64,000 nt of DNA, from NCBI GenBank assembly GCA_043228905.1, contig JBHGNT010000016.1:7068001-7132000 (forward strand), in the 5' to 3' direction. Source of the DNA: Azolla caroliniana (taxonomy: Eukaryota; Plantae; Polypodiophyta). The notes beneath the pieces are model-generated. The model had not been told where the DNA came from. It did not search any database and worked only from the letters and a program-made list of their open reading frames with translations. Position numbers and translations under genes: made by a program. This document shows, piece by piece, positions 23,337 through 34,416 of this stretch (position 1 is the stretch's first letter; every line of letters begins with the position of its first letter).

Positions 23337-26300
23337 TGTCAGGAGCAGTACTAAGACAACGAAGTACTGTCGGGAACAGTACTAAGACAAAGAAGGAATT
23401 AGTACTAAAAGATGAGGATTAGTACTAAGGGAGGTGTAGAACTCTCGAGAGAAGGAAAGAGTGAGTGAGTGAGTGAGTGAGAGAGAATGAGGACAACAAT
23501 ATATATATATATTATGTTAAGAGAATATACAATAGTAGCTAGGAGGCTTAAGACTGGCGTTGAATCAATTTGGTTCAAAATAATGCCTTGTGCCTCCTTT
23601 TATAGTGTTCTCAGGAGTACTTCTGAAGTTTGTAGAATGTTCTAGAGAAATCTGGAATATACATCAATTTTCTATAGTAAAACTTAAATGAAAATAATAT
23701 TTTTGTATTATAACATATAGTCTAATGGTCAAGAGCTCGACTCATGTAACATAAGGTCATGGGTTCGAGTCTTGCCATATCATGACACTATCCTTCTTTT
23801 AAAACGACGAGTGTCACGAGTCGTTTTGGATTGAGGACCCAGTTTGTGTCTGGATATTGACGATGGAAGTCTTCAAGGAGAGCACGAACATTGGTCACAT
23901 TCTCTATTGGTTCCCAAGTACGCTCGTTGGGACTATATCTTAGCCAATCGACTAAATAGTAGAGCTTGTTGCGAACAATCTTGGAATCGAGGATGGTGGC
24001 AACCTTGTACTCATGTCAATCTTCAAGCACAATCGGGGGTGGAGGTTTGGGATGGTGCTGTCTTGATAGGGTTCGAGGAGAGAACTATGAAACACCGGAT
24101 GTATATGAAGTTGTGGAAGTAGATCGAGACGAAAAGCGACATCATTATTTTTTCCGATAACACGGAAAGGACCTAATCACCGATAATCCAACTTCTCGCA
24201 TGGGCGAGTACTCTTGATGCGTCGTCGAAGTAGCCATACCCGATCTCCAATGTTAAATTTGGATGGAAGCCGATGACGATCCGCATAAACCTTGTGCGTT
24301 TGTTGAGCTTGTTGTAGATGAGTAGATAAATCTGCTTGTATCTTGCGTAACCACTCCAAACGATCCTCTGCGCAAGGATTTGTGGGTAACTCTGGTGTTT
24401 CAAATACACACGACCGGGGGTGACAGCCCGTATAAGCATAAAATGGTGTAACCTTTGTCGATGAGTGGACAGAGTTATTATACGCAAATTCGGCGAAGTG
24501 GAGAATATCTGCCCAGTCATCTTGATGATAGCTTAGAAAGCACCAAAGATACTGCTCCAGCGTTTGATTTGTTCATTCTGCTTGGCCTTTTGTTTGCGGG
24601 TGGTAGTCGGAGGAGAGGTAACAAGTGACCTTGAGCATTTTAAAGAGGTGCTTCCAGAATTTCGAGACGAGCTGGGGTCCACAGTCGTTGATGATACTAT
24701 AGGGAAGGCCATGATGCTGACATACTTCACGCATGACAGTTTCGACAGTTTCCTCACTGGAGATTTCCTTAGTACATGGCAGAAAATGGGCCATCTTCGT
24801 ATATCGATCTACTACTATTAAGATCACATTGAATCCCTTAGAGACCGGAAGATATGTGATGAAACCTAGAGAAATTGATTGCCACTGCTTGCTTGGAATT
24901 GGTAATGATTCTAATAAACCATATGGATGATACCTTGGCATTTTTGCTCTGCAACATGTATCACAAGTCCGAACAAAATCTTCAACAAATTGTCGCAAAT
25001 GGGGCCACCAGAATGATCGTTGTACTAAATCTAATGTTTTAGTACTACCAAAATGCCTAGCGATATATGTGTCATGACAGTTTTGGACTACTCGAAGGCG
25101 ACAAGAACCATTAGCAACATACAAGAGTTTCTTAAAGAATAGTAATCCATCATGGCATTCGAATTGTCGATAGTCCGTACCTGGTTGTTGCGACTGGGAA
25201 CAAGATGCTCGAGAGGGATCAATTTGTGCTAGAATGGCTTGGGCGAAAGCATCTGTCTTCAAGTCCTCACATATGGTATCGATAACGTAGGAATCCAAGG
25301 GCATTCCGAAGACCTGCGTTGCTTGCAATCTTGCTGGTCCTAGGATTACTTGCTTTTGGTTATCGAAAGGTGGCTCGCCAGGACGCGGTGCTAGATATGA
25401 GCGTTGTGATAATGCATCTGCCTTCCCTTGTTGCTTCCCCGGACGATATGTAATTTTGAAGTCGAAACGAGTGAGGAATTGGGCCCATCGAGCTTGACGT
25501 TGATTTAACACACGAGCATTCTGAAAGTAGGCAAGGTTTTTGTGATCACTGAATACGGTGACTTGATGAGAGGATCCCTCTAGAAAATGCCTCCATTGTG
25601 TAAAAGAGTCCACTATTGCTAATAGCTCCTTATCATGAATGTCATAGTTGATTTCGGCGGCGTCAAACTTGCGCGAGTGGAAAGCCACAGGATGGAGCTT
25701 TTCATCATCACCTTGTTGCACTCGAAACTACATTATTCAAGCTTTGCATAAAGACCATGTTCTTGAAGTCGTTTTAGTACTAACAATACATGAGAATCAT
25801 TCTCTTCTTGGGTCTTCGAAGAAACCATTAGATCATCCAAATAGATGATTAAACAAACATCCAAGAGATCTCAAAATATATCATTTGCCATGTGTTGGAA
25901 GACTGTTGGCGCATTAATGAGGCCGAATGGCATGACCGTATACTCGAAGTGCCCATATCTAGTGCGAAACGCGATCTTCCATTCATCTCCTGGTCGAATC
26001 CGTACGAGGTTATATGCTCCTCGTAAGTCTATCTTTGTGAAGAACCTTGCACCATTGATCCGTTCTAAAAGACTTGAGATAAGGGGAAGTGCGTACCTAT
26101 TCCTGATGTCTTAGTATTATAAGGAGCAGTACTAAGACAGAGACGGAATTAGTACTAAAAGATGAGGATTAGTACTAAGGGAGGTGTAGAACTCTCGAGA
26201 GAAGGAAAGAGTGAGTGAGTGAGAATGAGGATAACAAAAGATATATATTATGTTAAGAGAATATACAATCGTAGCTAGGAGGCTTAAGACTGACGTTGAA

Positions 26301-26524
26301 TCAATTTGGTTCAAAATAATGCCTTGTGCCTCCTTTTATAGTGTTCTTAGGAGTACTCTTGAAGTTTCTAGAATGTTCTAGAGAAATCTGGAATATACAT
26401 CAATTTTCTATAGTAAAACTTAAATGAAAACAATATTTTTCGTATTATAACATATAGTCTAATGGTCAAGAGCTCGACTCATGTAACATAAGGTCATGTG
26501 TTCGAGTCTTGCGATATCATGACA
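23337..26524 (-). mobile_element. Internally deleted Ty3/gypsy chromovirus (Tcn1-like) nested in the gag of copia C
   Basis: 3' LTR 23337-23788, 5' LTR ~26121-26524, TSD GTGAG (23332-23336, 26525-26529), PPT AAAAGAAGGATAG; RT fragment ([19 protein letters not shown]), RNase H, integrase and chromodomain YLVDWLRYSPNERTWEP (~23870-23985); gag, protease and PBS absent. Confidence 0.9.
23718..23772 (+). promoter_or_regulatory. tRNA-type Pol III A box and B box inside the gypsy LTR
   Basis: TAGTCTAATGG (23718-23728) and GGTTCGAGTCT (23762-23772), 33 nt apart; degenerate copies in the LTRs ending at 26524, 27529 and ~2772. Confidence 0.6.
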
Positions 26525-28043
26525 GTGAGGATGATTGACTTTATTTTGCCGAACTGAGGTGTTAGGCCATTGAGGCATATCTTCACCATTTCCTCGTCGC
26601 ACAACTCCTTGATCTTCAAGGTGTAGCTGCTGATTAACACATCCCTCTGTTGTATGTTGTTCAACTCTTGGTGGATATCTTTTTGAGGTTCCCCCATGCC
26701 TCTTTTGGCATTTTGGCCACTCGAATGTAGCCGAGTATATGATCATGAACGCATGATGCAAAGCAGTATAGCACACGACTCGTCACTTGCTCCCAAGCTA
26801 GGTGGTCGGCATGTGTTGGGTTGGGTTGATTTTCTTGAGCTCCTTCGATGTAACCCCAATAGCCTTGGCCGACAAGGTATTGGTGCATCTTGTACTCCCA
26901 ATATGCAAAGTTATTTTTGTCAAGTTTCTTAGTGGGAAGACCGCTTCCCATCTAAGTATTCATGTTGAACTTCTTCTCTCTTCTCTATGATGCGAACTGT
27001 GCAAGTTGCTGCCTAGATGGATGTAGCTCAGTTGGTAAGGTTGCCCAATGGAGACCAAGTGGTCATGGGTCCAACCCCTATATTCCATAGTGGCATCTAG
27101 TGAAATAGGGATATATATGAAGTATATAATAGAGAGGTGAGGAAATTGGGTTTCGAACCCAAGACACAGTGCTTGTAGTGTTATTGACTTACCACTAGGG
27201 TAAGCTAATTACAATAAAAAAGAAAAAGAATGAGGATAACAAAAGATATATATTATGTTAAGAGAATATACAATATTAGTTAGCAGGCTTAAGACTAACG
27301 TTGAATCAATTTGGTTCAAAATAATGCCTTGTGCCTCCTTTTATAGTGTTCTTAGGAGTACTCTTGAAGTTTCTAGAATGTTCCAGCGAAATCTGGAATA
27401 TACATCAATTTTCTATAGGAAAACTTAAATGAAAACAATATATTTCGTATTACAACATATAGTCTAATGGTCAAGAGCTCGACTCATGTAACATAAGGTC
27501 ATGTGTTCGAGACTTGCGATATCATGACAGTGAAGACGACTGACCTTATTGTGCCGAACTGAGGTGTTAGGTTGTTGAGGCATATCTGCACCATTTCCTC
27601 GTCACACGGCTCCTTGATCTATAAGGTGTAGCTGCTACACATCCCTCTGTTGTATGTTGTTCAACTCTTGGTGGACTTGACGCTTTCGTGCGGTTGTGCT
27701 AGATGCGAATATCTTTTTGAGGTTCCCCCATGCCTCTTTTGGCATTTTGGCCACTCGAATGTAGCCGAGTATATGATCATGAACGCATGATGCAAAGCAG
27801 TATAGCACACGACTCATCACTTGCTCCCAAGCTAGGTGGTCGACATGTGTTGGGTTGGGTTGATTTTCTTGAGCTCCTTCGATGTAACCCCAATAGCCTT
27901 GGCCGACAAGGTATTGGTGCATCTTGTACTCCCAATATGCAAAGTTATTTTTGTCAAGTTTCTCAGTGGGAAGAGCGCTTCCCATCTAAGTATTCATGTT
28001 GAACTTCTTCTTCTTCTTTGTGATGCGAACTGTGCAAGTTGCT
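26222..28043. repeat. Direct duplication of ~0.8 kb (26222-27010 and 27227-28043) covering gypsy LTR part plus copia gag 5' end
   Basis: Colinear near-identical sequence; duplicated ORFs 26661-26951 and 27635-27985. Confidence 0.92.
27011..27226. mobile_element. tRNA-derived (SINE-like) element with two convergent A/B-box heads
   Basis: Plus strand TAGCTCAGTTGG...GGGTCCAACCCC; minus strand CTAGTGGTAAAG...GGGTTCGAAACCC; diverged inverted copy at 47518-47665. Confidence 0.6.
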
Positions 28044-28979
28044 ACTACAATGATCTGTCGGTTCTTCTGAACATGGGCTTAGGCACAACACACGTGGATG
28101 AACTTGGATCAAGCTACCAAACGCTCTGATACCATGTAAGAATCGAGTGTGATTTTGTGCGGCGGAAGGTGTATGTATGTGTGTGTGAGGGAGAGAGAGT
28201 GAAAAAACACGGAGTATACAAAAAGGTAGTAAAAACTATATTAACAAGAGAATAAACAACCACCGGTTACAAAGAGGAGGAGAAGGTCCTGATGTAGTCA
28301 CCTTCTCTCTATGTTCTCTCACTACAACCACCACTTGGAAAAGAGGTGGAGACGTAACTACCTACTAAATATGTGTCATAGGACTTAACTTCTATGACAC
28401 TTAGTTTATGATACAAGGAGGTGGGATGTTCACACACTAAGGAAGTTGAGTTTGATTCTCGACACTATCCTTCGTGAAGGTCGTGGTTCTTAATGCCTTT
28501 GTGCCACCCTTGTAATTTTCTTCCACCAATAACATTAATAGGATAGTAAAGAGACATAGTGGTTTTCTATCCTTCGCGAAGGTTGTGGTTCTGAATGCAC
28601 CGAATTGACGCAAAAAGGCGAATAAGACTAGAACCTCCATTGACTTAGTCGCCTCGACCGCCACATCGATGGAGGCAAGAGGGATCATGCAAACGACATG
28701 ATCGTAAGGGTGTAGTCGTGAGTAGGTCGACATGTGCTCATGTTGAGCTCCATCTTGACTCCGTGTGGGAGGTCGAAGGACGAATGGGAAGCCGGGACGA
28801 GTGGATGTCTCAAGTGGGTAGATCAATTGGGGGGATGAAGATTGGGGCAAGCAGTCGCCACAGGATCAATCGATCGATGGGGAGCGAGAGAGAGAGAGAG
28901 AGAGAGATAGAGGTTTGATCGGTGGGGTGAGAGATTACCCCAAGTCTTGGGACACCCTCTCACCAATCGACCGACCGAT

Positions 28980-29832
28980 ACAAACATAGACACAAACGCA
29001 AGCACAATCACAGACACAAAGGCATGGACACAAGATAAGGACACATGACACAAACACAAACACCGGCAATGACACCGACACTAACACTGACATTGATACA
29101 GACACAAGGCATGGACACACAACACAAACACAAACACTGATAGTGACACCGACACTAACACTGACATTGATACAGACACAAGGCATGGACACACGACATG
29201 ATTACAAGGCATGGGCACATGACACAAACACAAACACAAACACAAACAATGACAGTGACACCGACACAAACACTGACATTGATACAGACACAAGACACAG
29301 ACACACGACATGAACACAAGGCACATGCACAAGATACAGACACACGACACAAACACGGACACAGACAGTGACAGTGACAGTGACAGTGACATTGATACAG
29401 ACACAAGGAATGGACACAAGACACAGACACACGACATGAACACAAGGCATGGACACAAGATAGGGACACTAACACAAACACGGGCACTGACATTGATACA
29501 GACACAAGGCATGGACACACGACACGAACACAAGGCATGGACACAAGATACTGACACACGACACGGATAGGGACACTAACACAAACACGGGCACTGACAT
29601 TGATACAGACACAAGGCATGGACACACGACACGAACACAAGGCATGGACACAAGATACTGACACACGACACGGACACTGACACTGACATTGATAACGAAC
29701 ACAAGGCACGGACACAAGACACGGACACGGACACTGACACTGACATTGATAACGAACACAAGGCACGGACACAAGACACGGACACGGACACGGACACACG
29801 ACACGGACACACGATACGGACACAAGGCACAG
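28980..29832. repeat. Hexamer-based compound tandem repeat (ACACGG/ACACTG/ACATTG/ACACAA units in higher-order blocks)
   Basis: Visible period-6 structure; recurring block ACTGACATTGATACAGACACAAGGCATGGACACA. Confidence 0.9.
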
Positions 29833-29937
29833 ACAAATTCATCTATCCCAATGAGACAAGAGAAGAGAAGAGAAGAGAAGAAGAGAGAAGAGAAGAGTGT
29901 GAAATGGACAGAAGGAATTAGTTCCATTGCTCACACC

Positions 29938-29968
29938 AAAACCCTAATCCTCTCTTTAGTTAGGGTTC
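29938..29968 (+). promoter_or_regulatory. Telo-box pair upstream of RPS24
   Basis: AAACCCTAAT and inverted TTAGGGTT ~150 bp upstream of the ATG; telo-boxes are typical of plant ribosomal protein promoters. Confidence 0.7.
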
Positions 29969-30108
29969 TTCTTCTTCTTCTTCTTCTTCTTCTTTCTTCT
30001 CCTGCTGCTGCTGTTTCTGCAGGATCTTCAACAGTCAGTAGTTGTAGCCTTCTCCTCGCTATTCTCTCTCTCTCTCACTCTGTGCTCGGATTACCAGGGA
30101 AAGGAGCC

Positions 30109-31317
30109 ATGGCGGAGAACAAGAGCTGTACTGTGCGCACCCGCAAGTTCATGACTAATCGCCTTCTCGCTCGCAAGCAATTCGTAAGTTCTTTGTCTGC
30201 GTTCTCTCCTCCTCCTCCTCCCTTTTCAATGTCCCTCTGTTTTCTCGTTGCCTTCGTTCCGATTGGATTTGTTGACTGTGCCCCCTTCGTTTTGCTCCCC
30301 CTTTACCTTATCGCTTCTGGGTTCTTAGCGAGGGTCTCGTTTTGTAAGAGTCGTCTGCGACTGATTCTCATCTCGAGTGTATTTTCATGCTTCGGTTCGA
30401 TTCCATTTTGTGTGGAAAATCAGAAACTGATGTATATCTACTTTTTCTATTCGTCATGCTTGTATTTTGATTCTCTTTGCCTTTAGTCAGGGCTTTAGAA
30501 ACATTATCTGGCACCTTCACATATTTAATCAAGAATCTCTTCTTTTGTGTTTTAGCCATATTGATTTTCCATCTGTTTCGCACACTTTCAGTGTCGTTCT
30601 CCTCTTTTCTGTTAATGGCATCACTTCTCAGAAGACGCGATTCGTTATTTAAAATGTCACATTTTTTCTATGACTAATCAGCAACTCGTTCTAGTTAATG
30701 AGAATTCAATCTCAATGTAAAGCAGAATTATTCCATTATGTGTGGAAAAAACAAAATTTAGTGTTTGGAAACAGATTCTGTCTTCTGCTGCTTCTTCCCA
30801 TTGCTAGTAAATTTAGATTGGATCTTATAACATTTCGGTTTCCATTCCCAAGAGAAGGAACTGCTCTGTTGAAGTATGTATTATGCATCATGTTAAGCGT
30901 TAATACATGTATGGAAGCATGGTACAGGTGCCATTTCTAGTGAATCCCTTTTGGACATGAACATAGGGCATATCCCTCCTTGCTTTCTTATTGCATTCTC
31001 ATTTTATCTGATGTCCAATTCTTTGTAAAATATGTGGTTTTGATATGATCCCTTTACAGCACAAGCTCTCTTCCTCGCATTGGGGTTTCTGTATTTCACC
31101 AGATGCAACAGATAGCTAGATTTCAACTCTTGACTTGACTCTTGAGTGGGAGTATATGATTCTCTGTAGACAGACAGCGAAAGTGATCGTTTTCTGCTAT
31201 GTGATATTAGTATCATTTAGTTGATTTTATAGCCATTTATTGCAAGCTGCCACTACTTGGCATTTCAAGTAGAGCATTTTTTTTAAAGAAAAATAGAAAT
31301 TTCTCTTGTTTGCCTGA

Positions 31318-31351
<34 letters not shown>

Positions 31352-32762
31352 TTCACTTAACTAATCTAGCTAAACTTGAATAACGGTTCCCTCTCTGTCT
31401 GAAAAAAGAAAATTGATCTCTATCTTTCTCTGATGGTTGATTTGATGGAAAACCTCAGGTCATTGATGTGCTTCATCCTGGGAGGCCTAATGTCTCAAAA
31501 GTAAGCTCCTATTTTCTTTGTGTTTTTCCAATTTACTTTCCTGTTTTTATTTTCTTCTGGATTAATTGCTAAAACGTTTCTTTCATTTCCTATGTCTAGT
31601 CTGAGCTGAAGGAGAGACTTGCAAAGCTTTATGATGTACGTGATACGTCTACTGTGTTTGTCTTTGGTTTCCGCACTCAATTTGGAGGTGGCAAATCAAC
31701 AGGTTTTGGCCTTATATATGATAATTTAGAGGCTGCAAAGAAGTACGAACCAAAGTATCGACTTATCAGAGTAAGTTATATCGTGGATCTCATTTTAAAC
31801 CACCACAATAATATAATATCCTTCTGTTGAATATGACTCATTGTGATGAATGAACTCCTGAATACCCTCAATAAATTTTTCTGTCTGTACTTCACAGTAT
31901 GCTCCTACCTCTTTTTGTTATTTTCTTGAATGCCGATGAATGACCCCTAATGGAACTTGGCCAATGTCATAGTCAATTCATCCCCTTTTTCTCTATTTTG
32001 GGGTCAACGGCATTCAAAGAAATGAATAAATTACCCCCAAAGATTAATATTTAGTTGGTATTATGAACTATATATAAAAAATTAGAGATTTCTCTACAAC
32101 GAGAATGCATTATTGACGCCGATTTTTCTTGGTTTTATCTACAGAATGGCCTTGCCACTAAAGTTGAAAAGTCAAGGAAACAGATGAAAGAGCGGAAGAA
32201 CAGAGCGAAGAAGATCCGTGGCGTCAAGAAGGTAAACTTATGAATTCTTCGTCAGTCTAGAATGTTTTCTATTGTCCATGATATGGTCTAAGACTTAAGC
32301 AGATTTTCTTAATTTTACGTCCTGATCTCATATGTTATTAGTACTGTCTTTGTGAACGTTTTAATGTTTCTAACATCAGTCTTGATTGTTTCCTTATCTT
32401 TTTATTTTTACATCTATAAGATAGATTTTATTAGTTTTAAGTTGGTTTGGATTTTAATAATCCTTGATCGAAACTCAACTTATGTACATGTTCTTAATTT
32501 TAGATTTCTCTTCATTGTGCTAGCAAATTTTCATAAGTTTCAACCCTCATAAGTCTTGATTGTTTCATTAACAAGGGGAATTTTATTAGTTTCAAGTTGG
32601 TAATCCTTGATTGACAAATTATTTTTCTTATTCTGTTTAAATTTTTGAGTCTTATTGTTTTGATTATTTTTAAAAACTGTTCTACGTTTTCTTCCTAATT
32701 AATTACAATATTCTTCTCAGACCAAAGCTGCAGATGCAGGAAAAGCTGGCAAAAAGAAGTAG
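30109..32762 (+). CDS. RPS24: 40S ribosomal protein S24 (eS24), 138 aa; exons 30109-30183, 31459-31500, 31600-31770, 32145-32231, 32721-32762
   Basis: [39 protein letters not shown]-...[20 protein letters not shown]...KKYEPKYRL; all introns GT-AG and phase 0. Confidence 0.97.
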
Positions 32763-34416
32763 AAGTGAGAAATTGATCTTGTGTTTTTTCTTTATTATAA
32801 TGAGACTATTTTTTATAATTATGTCGGGACAGTAGATGTAATTTGCAAACTTTATATGATATGAGATGACTTTGCCAATTTTGCTTAGTTCTACTTCAAC
32901 TTCTATTTGCTATAATCTCTCTTTAATTTCAATTTGTAATCTATTTGTTTTATTTTAGTCTCATTCTGCATGTTAGTTTAGGATTTAGTGACACTATATG
33001 TTCACTAATGTTATTACCGTATAGCTGATTTAAGATGAGTAAAACCAATGAGGGATTTTCCTCTCGATAAAAATGGATGCATTGGTAATTATTGGAACAA
33101 ATCATTATTTGTGGTGAAGACTCAAACAGGACAAATTTGAATAACCTACTAAAGGTTTTGTGTCCCCTGGCCCATAATAATATAAGAGTAGTAATATTAG
33201 AAGCTTCAAGGGAAATTCTTCTAAATCTATTCCTTTATCGAGAACTGATTACATCATGTAATGTTGGCTATAAGAGTTTGTTTGTGGTGATTAGTATCCT
33301 AATTACCCTGGTAACTATTCAATGTCCTAATGAAATGTTCATACCTAGCTTATGTAAATGTGCTACTGCAATGGTGTGAGCTATGCAGCTGAATTCCATA
33401 ACGTGGGGTGACATTTGAATTATTGATTTGTTTTCTATAATAGAGTGTTCATAAAATGGAGGCATATTCTATTTGTTGGTCATGAAGAGATTGTGGAATG
33501 TCATAATGGAGACATGATTAGCACCTAACAATGGGTTGACACTATTTGTATGCTACAAATGAGATCATTATAAAGAAAGATAATCTTTTCTATACACCTG
33601 CCAGCTCTTATTTGCAAATGGAGTATTATTGGTATAACGTCATGTGACATTAGTATTGATTTGTTTTCTATGATCAAGTGTTGGTGAAGTGGAGGCATGT
33701 CTATCTGTTAATCATGAAGAGATCGTCGACTGACCCCATGGAGAGGTATGATTAACACTGAAGCTGGTTTGGAATTGTTGACTAAAAAATGGTACACAAT
33801 GTGGTACAAATGAAAAGAATATGGAGATGTTAATTATTTATATGCGAGTTACATTCACAGCATATATGTGAGTTACATTCACAGCATCCACAATCTAATT
33901 CACTACAATGAAAGAAACAATTCATATGGCTGTCGAAAAGTTCACAATTCTAGTGATGTGTATATAAGAACCATGACTAGCGACAAAAACGAATGTTAGG
34001 TAAGACCATTAAGAAATCATTGTCAGAAGTAATTAGTACTTGCAAACAAAACAAAAGATTTTTTCATAGCTTGATTATTCAGGTGCATTATTTGAACCAT
34101 CTTTGATAATGTAACCACGCTAAATATTGGTACCATAATCCAGGACGTGGCATGTGACTAGGTATATATATATATATAATATATATATATCATGATTTAA
34201 ACTTTGCAAGTAAAAGAGCTCTTCATATAGACTAACCTAAACCATCTTTGTTAATGCAACTAAGCCAAATGCTAGTTTTACAGTCTAGAGCAGAACACAT
34301 GACCAGGCACACATTTCATCATTAAAAGACCAACTCACAAAAAGAAAAAAAAGAAAATTGTATGCTAAAGAACCATTTGAATTACATGCACAAAACCCTT
34401 CGGATTACAAGAACAA

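Larger units (their letters stand above)
22150..28464 (-). mobile_element. Decayed, 3'-truncated Ty1/copia element C (5' LTR ~28135-28464, PBS 28123-28134, gag, protease, start of integrase)
   Basis: PBS GCTCTGATACCA; gag GSALPTEKLDKNNFAYWEYKMHQY; CGYCGKFGHYEGEC; WFVDS; IHSDVWGP; many stops and frameshifts. Confidence 0.85.

Noticed and set aside
23711-23785. Functional tRNA genes (also 27011-27090 and 47520-47590)
   Set aside because: A/B boxes are present but I could not fold a full cloverleaf with acceptor and anticodon stems
28980-29832. CRISPR-like array
   Set aside because: No unique spacers and no cas genes; eukaryotic minisatellite
28823-29927. Cys/Val-rich and Thr/Asp-rich ORFs in several frames
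   Set aside because: Translation artefacts of the hexamer repeat
29689-30486. 265-aa ORF
   Set aside because: Repeat plus UTR plus RPS24 exon 1 plus intron read-through
31843-31862. Possible C/D-box snoRNA (GTGATGA...CTGA) in RPS24 intron 3
   Set aside because: Boxes too close together; no terminal stem or downstream D box found
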